Assembly (NCBI GenBank): GCA_965199955.1
Contig: CBDATQ010000002.1
Location: forward strand, 1,280,001-1,344,000
Direction of reading: 5' to 3'
Length of the DNA stretch: 64,000 bases
Source: Spirochaetia bacterium
GTDB taxonomy: Bacteria > Spirochaetota > Spirochaetia > SZUA-6 > Bin103
Shown here: positions 1 through 11,862 of the stretch, piece after piece
How positions within the stretch are numbered: position 1 is the stretch's first letter
Layout of the letters: each line of letters opens with the position of its first letter
Position numbers and translations under genes: made by a program
Notes under the pieces: model-generated
What the model was told of the DNA's origin: nothing
The model's input: only the letters and a program-made list of their open reading frames with translations
Database searches by the model: none

Positions 1-100
1 TTGAGGCCGTTTGTTTGAACTGATCTATTCCGTCTAATTTCTCCGGTCCAAACCCCTTCGGAAGCATGCCTCCCTGCCGCGGGCTGTCACCGGCAGTGCG

Positions 101-1162
101 TCACTCGACGGGCAACTGAGCGACGACGCCCGCGTGGTTGGACGGCCACAGACCGGTGGGCAGCCGGTCGTCCGGCTTGTCGCCGACCGTGAGGGTCTGG
201 ATGGAACTGGCCGGGTGCAAGGCCATGCCCTTCACGAAGATCTGGTCGATCCGCTTGTTCAGCTCGCTCGTCTCGTTCCGGAGGTCGGCCGCCTGGCAGC
301 AGGTAGCTCCGTCTCCCTCGGCGTCGGACTGCCAGACGTCGACGTAGCCGGCCTCCAGGATGAGCTGGTATGCGGCTCCATCCGGGGCCGGCGTGTTGAA
401 GTCCCCCAGGAGGATGACCGGGAGCTCCTCACCCGCCAGGGCGTCCACCAGCTCCTGCGCTTGCGCGACCCGCGAACCCGGATCGACCGCCTCCAGGTGC
501 GTGTTCACGATCCGGTAGGTGACGTCGTCGATGGTGGCGTCGATGGCGACGTAGCCTCGCATGACGTGCAGCCCGAGCGGCGCGATCGGCAGCCCCGCTG
601 CGTAGCTCGCGGTCGTGGGCCGCGACACGACGACATCGCCGCGGGCCAGGATCACGTCGAAGTCGGTCAGGCGCACGTCCGTGACCTTGCCGTCGCGGAG
701 CATGGGCATCTCGAGATCCAGGTTCTGGACCTTCGCGGCGACCTGGTAGTCCAGGCCTTCCGCCCGCAGCGCGTTCATGAGGAGCTCGAGGTAGTCGAGA
801 TCGATCTCCTCGGCGTTCGGCTCCCGGTTGGTGAGGAAGTCGCCCGGGTCCTGCCGCCGGATCAGCTCGACCTCCTGCAGGCCGATGACGTGCGGGTGCG
901 ACTCCTTGACGATGGCGGCGATCGACGCGGCGCGCGCCGGGAAGTCGGAGGCGACGACGTTGCCGTACAGCTCGCCGACGACCATCGGAATCTGGAACAG
1001 ATTCGTCGTTTCCAGCGCCGGCTCCGCGCTGCTGCCCACGTAGAGGTTGTACGTCATCACCGTCACGGGAACCTCCGGGGCCTGCTCGATCGTCCGGCAT
1101 CCCGCCAGGACGAGCAGCAGTGCGAACAGCGACAGCGGGATGATGGCGGAGAGCTTTGGCAT
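101..1162 (-). CDS. Endonuclease/exonuclease/phosphatase (EEP) family lipoprotein
   Basis: Signal peptide with lipobox LAGC; motifs VMTYNL, GLQE, NTHLE, LGDFN, RIDQIF, SNH. Confidence 0.85.
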   Translation of the reverse strand: MPKLSAIIPLSLFALLLVLAGCRTIEQAPEVPVTVMTYNLYVGSSAEPALETTNLFQIPMVVGELYGNVVASDFPARAASIAAIVKESHPHVIGLQEVELIRRQDPGDFLTNREPNAEEIDLDYLELLMNALRAEGLDYQVAAKVQNLDLEMPMLRDGKVTDVRLTDFDVILARGDVVVSRPTTASYAAGLPIAPLGLHVMRGYVAIDATIDDVTYRIVNTHLEAVDPGSRVAQAQELVDALAGEELPVILLGDFNTPAPDGAAYQLILEAGYVDVWQSDAEGDGATCCQAADLRNETSELNKRIDQIFVKGMALHPASSIQTLTVGDKPDDRLPTGLWPSNHAGVVAQLPVE

Positions 1163-1298
1163 GGGTTCCTCCGATCGGGCCGCGCCGAGCAGGCGGCGCC
1201 GAGTCGGGCCGAGGGTAGAACACCGATTACGGACGAGCAATGCGGGGTGGGCAGACTCGGCCTGGAACGGGCCGGGCGTTTCCGGCATCCTGCGCGCC

Positions 1299-2159
1299 AT
1301 GCTGATAGACGCTCACAACCACCCGAACTGGCACGGCCACGACGCGGACCGGCTCCTCGCCAACATGGAGGAGCACGGTATCGACCAGATGTGGCTGTTC
1401 TCCTGGGAGGTGCCCGCCACCGACTACAGCCCCAGCTACCATGCCCATCTGCCGCCCGGCGGCGTGGGCATTCCGCTTGCGGATGTCCTGAACGTCGGTC
1501 GGGCGGCCCCGGACCGTTTCGTGCTCGGCTACATGCCGGACGTCAAGCGCCCGGACGCCATCGACCGGATCAAGGCGGCGGTGGAAATCCACGGCATCCG
1601 CGTTGCGTCCGAACTCAAGCAGCGCGTGCTGTTCGATGACCCGGACGCCCTGGACATCTACCACTTCTGCGGCGAGCAGAAGCTGCCGATCACCATCCAC
1701 CTCGACTACCCGATCCCCAACGGACAGCGCTATCCGCGCCCGAACTGGTGGTACGGCGGCTCCCTGGACAGCTTCGAGCGGGCCGTCGCCGCGTGTCCGG
1801 AAACGATCTTCATCGGCCACGCGCCCGGGTTCTGGGGGCACATCTCCGGCGACGACCGCTGCATGACCGAGTCGTACCCGAAGGGGCCGGTCAAGCCGGG
1901 CGGACGGGTGCTCCACCTGCTGGACACCTATCCCAACCTGTACGCCGACCTGTCGGCCGGGTCCGGCCTGACGGCGATCTCCCGCGATCCCGAGTTCGGC
2001 AAGCAGTTCCTGATCCGCTACCAGGACCGCCTGCTGTTCGCCCGCGACTACATCGACGGCCGCCTGATGGATTTCCTCAAGACCCTGAACCTGGAGCGGG
2101 AAGTGTTCGACAAGATCGCCTACCGCAACGCCCAGCGCCTGCTCGGGGAGGCGGAGTAG
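1299..2159 (+). CDS. Amidohydrolase family protein (Amidohydro_2-like)
   Basis: IDAHNH metal motif, YADLSA and RLLFARD motifs. Confidence 0.85.
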   Translation: MLIDAHNHPNWHGHDADRLLANMEEHGIDQMWLFSWEVPATDYSPSYHAHLPPGGVGIPLADVLNVGRAAPDRFVLGYMPDVKRPDAIDRIKAAVEIHGIRVASELKQRVLFDDPDALDIYHFCGEQKLPITIHLDYPIPNGQRYPRPNWWYGGSLDSFERAVAACPETIFIGHAPGFWGHISGDDRCMTESYPKGPVKPGGRVLHLLDTYPNLYADLSAGSGLTAISRDPEFGKQFLIRYQDRLLFARDYIDGRLMDFLKTLNLEREVFDKIAYRNAQRLLGEAE

Positions 2160-2179
2160 GTCCGAGCGTGGCTGGCGAC

Positions 2180-3112
2180 ATGGAGTACCGCCGCTTCGGC
2201 GCGCACGAGATTTCGGCCCTGGTGCTGGGGACGGTGCAATTCGGCCTGGACTACGGGGTGGCCAACACGACCGGGAAGCCGTCGCAGGCGACCGTGAGCC
2301 GTATGCTCGCCACGGCGTTCGAGGCGGGCGTGAACACGCTGGACACCGCCTCGATGTACAACCAGGCCGAGAGCGTGCTCGGCCGGGCTCTCGGCGACCT
2401 TGGGATGCGCGACCGCATCTTCATCTGCAGCAAGGCGCGCCCGCACCCGGAGATGGCCGGGGCGCCCGAGGAACAGATCACCGCCGCCGTGGAGCGGTCG
2501 CTGCGCGTCCTGGGGGTGGAGCGGATCGGGCTCTACCTTCTGCATGGCTACCATGCGCTGCCGTACGTGGGGGCGCTCTACCGCAAGCGCGAGGCGGGCG
2601 ACATCGGTGCGGTCGGAGTTTCCGTGTACTCGGCGGAGGAGGCGCTCGGGGCGATCGCCACGCCCGGCATCGACGCCATCCAGCATCCGGTCAGCGTGCT
2701 CGACCAGCGGTTCCTGCGCGCCGGGGTGCTGGAGCGGGCGGCGAAGGCCGGGGTCGCGATCTTCGCCCGCAGCGTCTACCTGCAGGGCGTGGTGACCATG
2801 GCCATCCCGGAGCTGCCCGGGCCGATCGCGGAGGTCGGCAGGACGCTTGCACGGCTGCGGGAGCTGGCGGGCAAGCTGACGATCGAGGAGCTGGCGCTCC
2901 GCTACGTCGCGTCGCTATCGGGCGTCACCGGCGTGGTGGTGGGTATGGAGACGCACGAGCAGATGGAGCGCAACCTGGCCGCCGCCCTGGCCGGTCCCCT
3001 GGACGGCCCGCTCCTGGAGGCGATCGGAGAGGCGGTGCCCGACCTTCCGGACGACATCATCAACCCCGGGCACTGGCGGTGGATCCGGGACTACGACTGG
3101 GGTACGCGTTGA
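2180..3112 (+). CDS. Aldo/keto reductase
   Basis: LGTVQFGLDYG, DTASMY, SLRVLG..IGLYLLH. Confidence 0.9.
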   Translation: MEYRRFGAHEISALVLGTVQFGLDYGVANTTGKPSQATVSRMLATAFEAGVNTLDTASMYNQAESVLGRALGDLGMRDRIFICSKARPHPEMAGAPEEQITAAVERSLRVLGVERIGLYLLHGYHALPYVGALYRKREAGDIGAVGVSVYSAEEALGAIATPGIDAIQHPVSVLDQRFLRAGVLERAAKAGVAIFARSVYLQGVVTMAIPELPGPIAEVGRTLARLRELAGKLTIEELALRYVASLSGVTGVVVGMETHEQMERNLAAALAGPLDGPLLEAIGEAVPDLPDDIINPGHWRWIRDYDWGTR

Positions 3113-3184
3113 GGCAGCGCGCTGCGCCACGACTTCACCGAGTCGGTCTCAGGAGACGGCGTACGAAAGGCGGCCAGCCGAGGG

Positions 3185-3713
3185 CGAACGCCTTCAGCAC
3201 GATGAGGTCCTCCGCTGAGCAGGTATGCAGGCGGATCTCGGCGAGAAAGCGGTAGGCGGTCGCGCGTTCGATGACGCGCTCCTCGACGGCAGTGCCGCAA
3301 GGAAAATGTCGATGGGGATGCCCGCCGCGTACTTGAGCAGGAGCACTCGGTGCCGTAGTGCGAATGCGGCAGCGTCCTCAACGCGCTGGGGATACCTGCG
3401 ACAGAGTTCGGTGACGTACCCCGCTTCGTCGCCGAAGCCGGTGAGAATCGTGAGATCGACGTCCCCGGTGAGCCGCGGCTCGCCCCACCGCTGAAGCGCC
3501 AGGCCGCCGATGAAGCAGAACCGCCAACTGCGGGCTTGGCAGAACCCCTGGACGGCAGCCACGTCGACATCGCTGAGCTCCTCGCGTCGCAGGTGCTCAA
3601 GCCGGGCGCCTCCGATCCGCCATCGTTCGACGAACGCTCGCAGTACGGCGTCAGAGGCCCCTGTCATGTCGCCGGACGGGGCGCCCGAGCCTGGGCTTCG
3701 ACCGATGCCGCTT

Positions 3714-3720
<7 letters not shown>
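3185..3720 (-). pseudogene. Fused remnant of a small antitoxin-like ORF and a nucleotidyltransferase (AbiEii/DUF6036-like)
   Basis: FIGGLALQRWGEPRLTGDVD NTase motif; frameshift near 3290; other frame gives CSAEDLIVLKAFA then breaks off. Confidence 0.65.
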
Positions 3721-5058
<1,338 letters not shown>

Positions 5059-5136
5059 CGTGGGAGTCCAAGTCGACTATAGCAGCCGGTGCCCCGCGGA
5101 GCGCCGGTGCACGCCGCCGCGCTATCATTCGCCCCG

Positions 5137-6579
5137 ATGACGAACATGAACGTCGTGTGCATATGCCTGGACACGTTTCGGGCGGACATCGTGGGGGAGG
5201 GGAAGAAGTACAGCCACGTCCGGACCCCCAATCTCGATGCCCTGGCCGCGCAGAGCATCCGCTTCACGCGCGCCTTCGGGGAGTGCCAGCCGACGCTGCA
5301 GATCCGTCGCGGACTGTTCACCGGCCGGCGCAGCTTGCCGTTCCGCTACCACTTCGACCGCCGCGGCCACTGGCACCACGCGCCGGGGTGGCACAAGATC
5401 CCGCCCGACCAGGACACCATCGCCGAGGTGCTGCTGGCGCGCGGTTACGTCACCGCCCTGATCGCCGACACCTACCACATGTTCAAGCCGACCATGAACT
5501 ACTCCCGCGGCTTCGCCCATCTCGACTTCGTCCGCGGGCAGGAATCGGACAACTGGAAGAGCGGCGACCCGCGCCTGATCGAGCGACAGCTCCGTAACCA
5601 CGTCCGTGAGCCGATCGATTGGCCGCGGCACGCCACCCTGGTCAACTACCTGCTCAACCAGCGCCACCGGCGGTCGGAGGACGAGTACAGTTGCGCGCGC
5701 GTGTTCCGCGCGGCGTGCGATTGGCTGCACGACAACCGCGCGATGAAGCCGTTCTTCCTCTGGATCGACAGCTTCGATCCGCACGAGCCGTGGGATCCGC
5801 CGAAGGCGTATGCCGATCTCTACTGTCCGGACTATTCGGGCAAGGACTTCATCATGCCCGGCGCCGCGCAGGAGGACGGCGCCACGGAGGATGAGCTGCG
5901 CCGCATCGAAGCGCTCTACCTGGGCGAGGTCACGTTCGTGGACAAGTGGGTCGGTGCGTTGCTGGACACGCTGGAGGAGCTGAAGCTGTTCGACGACACG
6001 CTGGTGGTCTTCGTGTCCGATCACGGCACGCAGCTCCGCGACCAGGGCCGCTTCGGCAAGTCGGGCCGGGAGTTGCATCCGTTCAACACGCAGTTGAATC
6101 TGTGCCTGCGCCATCCGGGTGGTCCGGCCGATCGCGACGTCACGGCGCTGGTGCAGAACCACGACCTGATGCCGACCATTCTTGCGCGGCTCGGGATCCC
6201 GTGCGGCTGGACCGACGGCCGGGATCTCTGGCCGCTGGTGACCGGTGAGAAGACGGCGATCCGGGAGCGGATCGTCACCGGCTGGGCGGACGGCTCGTCC
6301 GGCAACGCGCGGGCGCGCGCGAGCGTCCGCGACGACCGCTGGAACTACTGCACGGCGGTCGGTTACGAGGACGAGGACGGGGACGAGTTGTTCGACCTCG
6401 CCGTCGACCCGGAAGAGCGCCGCAACGTCGTGGGCGACCATCCGCGGGTGGTGGCCGAGTGCCGCGCCGAGGTGGAGGCCCTGATCGGCCAGCCGCTTCC
6501 CGGCACGATGGTGGAGGTGTCCGACCCGGCCGCGGGGCCGATGATCGAGTGGCTGAACCGCAGGCTGCGCGAGCTGTAG
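5137..6579 (+). CDS. Sulfatase-like hydrolase (alkaline phosphatase superfamily)
   Basis: LDTFRAD, RRGLFTGR, FDPHEPW, SDHG, ELFDLAVDPEE. Confidence 0.85.
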   Translation: MTNMNVVCICLDTFRADIVGEGKKYSHVRTPNLDALAAQSIRFTRAFGECQPTLQIRRGLFTGRRSLPFRYHFDRRGHWHHAPGWHKIPPDQDTIAEVLLARGYVTALIADTYHMFKPTMNYSRGFAHLDFVRGQESDNWKSGDPRLIERQLRNHVREPIDWPRHATLVNYLLNQRHRRSEDEYSCARVFRAACDWLHDNRAMKPFFLWIDSFDPHEPWDPPKAYADLYCPDYSGKDFIMPGAAQEDGATEDELRRIEALYLGEVTFVDKWVGALLDTLEELKLFDDTLVVFVSDHGTQLRDQGRFGKSGRELHPFNTQLNLCLRHPGGPADRDVTALVQNHDLMPTILARLGIPCGWTDGRDLWPLVTGEKTAIRERIVTGWADGSSGNARARASVRDDRWNYCTAVGYEDEDGDELFDLAVDPEERRNVVGDHPRVVAECRAEVEALIGQPLPGTMVEVSDPAAGPMIEWLNRRLREL

Positions 6580-6581
6580 CG

Positions 6582-6999
6582 ATGCACGAAGTCACCCCAA
6601 CGGCGGCGGAACGCGCCGCGGAGCGGTTCGGTGATTCCGCGCTGCAGCGGGCGGTCACGGCGTTGCTGGCCGACGGCTACCTGGTGATCGACGACGTGAT
6701 CGACCACGCCCACTTCGACCGGCTGCAGGAGCGGATGAGCCAGGACCTGGAGAAGATCCGCGCCATGCCGGTGGTGCCGCACGACTTCTTGTGGGGCAAC
6801 ATCCAGCAGCCACCACCCCCTGATGCCGGCCTGGTGTTCCGCGACGTGATGGCCAACCCGTTCGTGTGCCAGGTGACCCGCGCGGTGCTGGCGCGGCGTT
6901 CAACAACACCCTGACCGGCAACACCAACATCCCCGGCAGCGGGCTGCAGCCCGTGCACGTCGACGACGGTCAGCTCTGGCCGAACCTGATCGCATCATG
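6582..6999 (+). pseudogene. Phytanoyl-CoA dioxygenase (PhyH) family, frameshifted and 3'-truncated
   Basis: DGYLVIDDVI; frameshift near 6890; QPVHVD motif followed by a premature stop. Confidence 0.7.
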
Positions 7000-7078
7000 A
7001 CATCAAATGCCGGTTGGAAGTGATCAGCAGTACCGCCGATGCCCTCCATACGGCACAGTCTGGGTTAGGCTTGTCGGA

Positions 7079-7380
7079 ATGCGCAGCACATCCGAGCACG
7101 CCCTGCTGATCGTGAAGCCGGACGGGGTGTGAGGCACCCCGAGTTGCCCGGAATGCTGGAAAGGCGGCTGGCGGACGTGTCGCTTCGCCAGGTCGCAGCA
7201 CGGGAACTGACTCTGAGCAAAGCCAAGCGCTCACGTTCTGGCGGGAAGGTGACGTCGAGGGGTACGTCGCGTACCTGCGCGAGGGTCCCTCGCGGGCGAT
7301 CGTGGTCAGGGGAAGGCAGGCCACCTGGAAGTGCCGCCGGCTCAAGTCCGAACTTCGGAAAGCGTTCCACTCTCCGCCGG
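7079..7380 (+). pseudogene. Nucleoside diphosphate kinase-like remnant
   Basis: ATG 7079 gives MRSTSEHALLIVKPDGV; shifted frames continue with RELTLS and YLREGPSRAIVVRG, similar to the NDK N-terminal half. Confidence 0.5.
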
Positions 7381-7472
7381 TCTGTTCTGCGTCGGCGGCA
7401 GCAACGGGCGTCTCGCTTGGGGCAGAAACCGCGTGTCCGAGGAGATGCACGGCGCGTTGGCCGCGGCACTGG

Positions 7473-9008
7473 TCAGGCCAGGTCGCGGATGACTTCCCGA
7501 GCGGCGTTGTGTCCGGGGAGCCCGGAGATTTCGCCTCCCGGGTGCTGGCCGGCTCCGCACAGATAGAGACCGGGGAACGGCGCGCGGTAGCGGGAGAGCT
7601 CGGGGAGCGGGCGGTTCCAGAAGAGCTGGTCGCCGCCGTGCTGGATGTGCCAGATGCACCCGTCGGTAAGCCCGTTCTCCCGCTCCAGGTCGGCCGGCGT
7701 CCGCAGCTTCAGGTGGAGGATCGACCGGCGGAAGTTCGGCGCGTGGCGCGTGATCTGCTCCACCAGCCGTTCGGCAACCCGGTCGCGCACCGTGTCCCAA
7801 TTGGTGTCCCTCAGTCTGGCGGGAGCCGGGTAGATCCACGCCGAGGCCGTGTGCCGGCCCTCCGGAGCCAGCGTCGGATCGAGCGCCGACGGCACCGAGA
7901 AGTTGACAATCGGCTCGGCCGGCGGGCGGCCGGCCGAGCAGTCGGCGTACGCGCCGTCGACGACCGCCTCGGTGCGTCCCAGCCCGACCACGCCGCGGCT
8001 CGGCAGCGCCGGGTCCCCGTCCCAGGCCAGCCAGTGCGGAAGCTCGTCCACGGCCGCCAGCAGCTTGTAACAGCTCACCTCCGTGACCAGGGCGCTGACG
8101 CGGCGCCGGAGCTGCGCTTTTGTGAGCTCCCATGGTACGAGCCGAAGGAATGTCCGTTTCGGGTCCAGGTTGGACACCACGCATCGGGCCGTCGCCTCCG
8201 TGCCGTCGGCGAGCCGCACGCCGGTGACGGCCCCGCCGTCATGGAGCAGGGAGACCGCTTCGGCACTGGTGTGGATGCGGACCCTGGCTTCCTCGACTGC
8301 TTGGCGCATCAAGGAAGTGATGACGCCGATGCCGCCCTGGATGTAGCCGTTGTGCGGTGTGCTTCGCGCATCGGGACCGGCAAGGTCGATCGACCCGTAG
8401 GCCAGGGCCACCGCACCCGGATCATGTCCGATGGCGGCCGCCTCCGCCGCGTGGCGGTCGCGCAGCCGGCGGGTGGGGAGATAGCGGTGGCGGAGCTGCC
8501 TGACGGTCCGCGTCAGCGCATCTTCCAGAAGCTGGCCGTCGCCGCGCTCCGCCGCGTCGGCACGGATTTGGGCGGGGGTCGGCGGTGGCTGCAGGCGGTA
8601 CGGAGCGAACAGCTCGCACAGCCGCCGCTTCATGTCCGCGTAGCGGCGCTCCGCTTCGGCCTCTTCCGCGGTGAGTTGCAGCGACAGGTTCCGCGGGGAT
8701 TCGTGACCGGCCGGGCCCCAGTAGTCGCCGTTCGGCATCGGCGCGAGCGCCCCGGCGCGGGGAATCGCTACCATGCCGCGCTCCTCGAGCCGCAGGTCCG
8801 CCTGTATCCCGGGGTCCAGCGCGTGCACCATATGGGCGCAGGTCGAGAATCGGTACCCGGGCCACAACTCCTCCGTGATGGCCGCCCCGCCGACGAAGGA
8901 CCGGCGCTCGAAGACGCCGACCCGCAGGCCGGCGCGGGCCAGATACCAGGCAGCGGTCAGCCCATTGTGGCCGCCGCCGACGATCGCGGCGTCCATGTCA
9001 GGCTGCAT
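7473..9008 (-). CDS. Phytoene dehydrogenase-like FAD-dependent oxidoreductase
   Basis: GGGHNGL, VGGAAITEE, GLYLCGAGQHPGGEISGLPG. Confidence 0.9.
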   Translation of the reverse strand: MQPDMDAAIVGGGHNGLTAAWYLARAGLRVGVFERRSFVGGAAITEELWPGYRFSTCAHMVHALDPGIQADLRLEERGMVAIPRAGALAPMPNGDYWGPAGHESPRNLSLQLTAEEAEAERRYADMKRRLCELFAPYRLQPPPTPAQIRADAAERGDGQLLEDALTRTVRQLRHRYLPTRRLRDRHAAEAAAIGHDPGAVALAYGSIDLAGPDARSTPHNGYIQGGIGVITSLMRQAVEEARVRIHTSAEAVSLLHDGGAVTGVRLADGTEATARCVVSNLDPKRTFLRLVPWELTKAQLRRRVSALVTEVSCYKLLAAVDELPHWLAWDGDPALPSRGVVGLGRTEAVVDGAYADCSAGRPPAEPIVNFSVPSALDPTLAPEGRHTASAWIYPAPARLRDTNWDTVRDRVAERLVEQITRHAPNFRRSILHLKLRTPADLERENGLTDGCIWHIQHGGDQLFWNRPLPELSRYRAPFPGLYLCGAGQHPGGEISGLPGHNAAREVIRDLA

Positions 9009-9066
9009 CTTCAGCGATCCGGCACTCTGCGGGAGTGCAGGAACTGCCCTTCTTCGACAGGCGCCG

Positions 9067-10032
9067 CTACTTCCTGACGCCGCGGGCGTCGGCGGTTCGG
9101 CGGGAGCCGGGTCCGACGGCGGCGCGCGCGGCGTTCAGGTCCTCCCGCGACACGACCGTGCCGGCGCCGAGCGCCTCCTCGATCTGGTCCACGGTCTTGA
9201 TGCCGCAGACCGCGGTGTGGATCGACGGATGCTGCGCCGTCGCTGCCAGCGCGAGCTGGTAAATGGACAGGTTGTACCGCTCTGCGATCGGGCCCAGGCT
9301 CTGCACGTTCTCGCACAGCTCCGCGAAGCGCTCGCCCTGGAAGTCGGGATGGTGAGCGCGGAAGTCGGTGAAGGTCTCGGTGCCGCGGTACTTGCCGGAG
9401 AGCAGGCCCTTGTGCAGCGGCGAGTACGCCATCACGCCGATGTCCTCGGCCTGGCAGTACGGCAGCAGGTCGTCCTCGCCGGCCGGATCGATCATGCTGT
9501 AAGGTGCCTGCACGACGGCGTAGGCGCCGAAGCGGCGCTGCGCGCGGAGCTGCTCGACCCCGTGGTTGCTCACGCCGTAGGCGCGGATCTTGCCCTGCGC
9601 ACGCAGGCGGTCGAGTTGCCCGGCGGTCTCTTCGAGGGGTGTGAGCGGATCGAAGCCGTGCAGCAGGTACAGGTCGATCGTGTCGAGCCGCAGGCGCCCG
9701 AGGGACACCTCGCAACGGGCGGCGATGTTCTCCGCGGACAGGTCCGGCACTCGCGAGCCGTCGGGCTTGAAGCGGGCGAGCACCTTGGTGGTGATCACCA
9801 GCTCGTCGCGCGGCAGATCGGCGATCGTTTCGCCCAGCACCGTCTCCGCATGGCCGTCGCCGTACGCGTCGGCCGTGTCGAACAGGTTGATGCCGCCGTC
9901 GAAGGCACGCCGGATCGCGCGTGCGATCTCCTCGCTCGACTGCTCGCCCCAGAATCGCGGGCTGAGCTGCCAGGTGCCAAATGAGATCGGCGAGACCCGC
10001 AGGCCGCTCTGCCCGAGTTGCACGTGCTCCAT
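9067..10032 (-). CDS. Aldo/keto reductase
   Basis: FGTWQL, FDTADAYG, IDLYLLH, YSPL; GGAGG RBS. Confidence 0.9.
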   Translation of the reverse strand: MEHVQLGQSGLRVSPISFGTWQLSPRFWGEQSSEEIARAIRRAFDGGINLFDTADAYGDGHAETVLGETIADLPRDELVITTKVLARFKPDGSRVPDLSAENIAARCEVSLGRLRLDTIDLYLLHGFDPLTPLEETAGQLDRLRAQGKIRAYGVSNHGVEQLRAQRRFGAYAVVQAPYSMIDPAGEDDLLPYCQAEDIGVMAYSPLHKGLLSGKYRGTETFTDFRAHHPDFQGERFAELCENVQSLGPIAERYNLSIYQLALAATAQHPSIHTAVCGIKTVDQIEEALGAGTVVSREDLNAARAAVGPGSRRTADARGVRK

Positions 10033-10114
10033 GTCCCGTTCCTCCGCGCCGCAGTATAGGTCAAGCGGCCTCACCTTGATCGTGAGGCTGGCCGGCTCCT
10101 AAGCTCGGCAGTCA

Positions 10115-11518
10115 GTGGACACGGACATCCAGGCGATCGACGCGGAAGTGTACCTGCTGCCGGTGACGACGCGGGTGCCGCTGAAGTTCGGCGCCGAAGC
10201 GTTGACCTCCGTGACCTGTGTGCGCGTGTCGCTGCAGGTGCAGAACGCTGCCGGCCGCCGGGCGATGGGGTGGGGCGAGACTCCGCTGAGCGTGCAGTGG
10301 GCGTGGCCGGGCGAGCTGCCCTACCAGGTGCGGCACGACCTGATGCGCGGTCTCTGCCTGCTGATCGCGGCCGATTGGCGCGATGCGGGGTTCTCCGGGC
10401 ACCCGGTTGAGGTGGGGTATGCATTCCTGCAGGAGCGGCTGCCGGCCCTGGTCCAGCGGATCAACCGCGGCCGGAATCCGGCGGCGCGCATGCCTCGGCT
10501 CGCCGCGCTGGTGTGCGCGTCGGCGTTCGACCTGGCCCTGCACGACGCGTTCGGCGTCCTGCACGGCGTGCCGGCTTACGCGACTTACAACCGGCGCTAT
10601 CTGAACCACGACCTGAGCCGATACCTGACGCCCGCGGCCGGCAGCGGCATGTCGTTCGCGGGCACGTATCCGGAGGACTTCCTGCGGCCGCGCCACGACG
10701 AGCTGCCGGCGTGGCACCTGGTCGGGGGGCTGGACCCGGTGGAGCCGGCCGAGCTGGACGGGAGCGAGCCGGACGACGGTTACCCGGTGCTGCTGCGCGA
10801 TTGGGTACGGCGCGACGGGCTCGTCTGCCTGAAGGTCAAGCTGCGTGGCACGGACGAGGCGTGGGACTACGGCCGGCTGGTGCAGGTGGGCTCGCTGGCC
10901 GTCGAGGAGGGGGTGGCGTGGCTGTCGGCCGACTTCAACTGCACGGTCGCCGACCCTGCCTACGTGACCGGCATCCTCGACCGGCTGCTGCGCGAGCAGC
11001 CGCGGATCTACGGCATGCTTCTGTACGTGGAGCAGCCCTTCTCGTACGACCTGGAGCGCGACCGCCTGGACGTGCGCAGCGTGGCGGCGCGCAAGCCGCT
11101 GTTCATGGACGAGAGCGCCCACGACTGGGAAATGGTGCGTCTGGGTCGCGAGCTCGGCTGGTCCGGCGTGGCGCTGAAGACCTGCAAGACGCAGACCGGC
11201 GCGCTGCTCAGCCTCTGCTGGGCGCATGCGCACGGCATGACGTTGATGGTTCAGGACCTGACCAACCCCATGCTGGCACAGATCCCGCACGTGCTGCTGG
11301 CGGCGCACGCGCCGACCATCATGGGCGTGGAGACGAACACCATGCAGTTCTATCCCGATGCTTCCGCTCCGGAAGCCGCCGTTCACGCGGGGCTGTACCG
11401 CCGCGCACGGGGCCGGCTGGACCTGTCCACCGTGACCGGTCCTGGGTTCGGGTATCGCCTCGACGAGATCGATCGACGCCTGCCCGAGGCGGAGACGGGC
11501 GTCGCCGGCAGCGGGTGA
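10115..11518 (+). CDS. Enolase superfamily (mandelate racemase/MLE-like) protein
   Basis: LKVKL, SADFN, YVEQP, MDES motifs. Confidence 0.8.
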   Translation: MDTDIQAIDAEVYLLPVTTRVPLKFGAEALTSVTCVRVSLQVQNAAGRRAMGWGETPLSVQWAWPGELPYQVRHDLMRGLCLLIAADWRDAGFSGHPVEVGYAFLQERLPALVQRINRGRNPAARMPRLAALVCASAFDLALHDAFGVLHGVPAYATYNRRYLNHDLSRYLTPAAGSGMSFAGTYPEDFLRPRHDELPAWHLVGGLDPVEPAELDGSEPDDGYPVLLRDWVRRDGLVCLKVKLRGTDEAWDYGRLVQVGSLAVEEGVAWLSADFNCTVADPAYVTGILDRLLREQPRIYGMLLYVEQPFSYDLERDRLDVRSVAARKPLFMDESAHDWEMVRLGRELGWSGVALKTCKTQTGALLSLCWAHAHGMTLMVQDLTNPMLAQIPHVLLAAHAPTIMGVETNTMQFYPDASAPEAAVHAGLYRRARGRLDLSTVTGPGFGYRLDEIDRRLPEAETGVAGSG

Positions 11519-11527
11519 CCGCCCTCG

Positions 11528-11700
11528 ATGGCTGATCCCGGCAGCTCGGCTGGCAATCAGCTTCTCGACGAGTGGGAACGCCTGTTGCAGGGCTCCCCGG
11601 ATGCACTCGTGGACGCGCTGGTCAACCCCGGTCTGCACTATCGCGACCTTCGTCACGTTACTCCGTTCGCCGGCGTACTGAGTGCATCGGAGGATCGTCG
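11528..11700 (+). pseudogene. C-terminal fragment of a small HTH/antitoxin-like protein
   Basis: EWERLL...DLRHVTPFAGVL segment with no N-terminal domain. Confidence 0.4.
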
Positions 11701-11862
11701 AAACCGAGGCGCACGATGCTCGGAAGCGCGCGGCACGGGAGTTGCTGGGCGAGTAGCTCATCACGAAGGGATTGAACACTGAGCGGGCATCCGTGCCACG
11801 GAGACGGTCGTCGCCGGGTAGCGGGTGACTGAGCCCAGGCGGCAGGGTACGTTGAACGTCCG

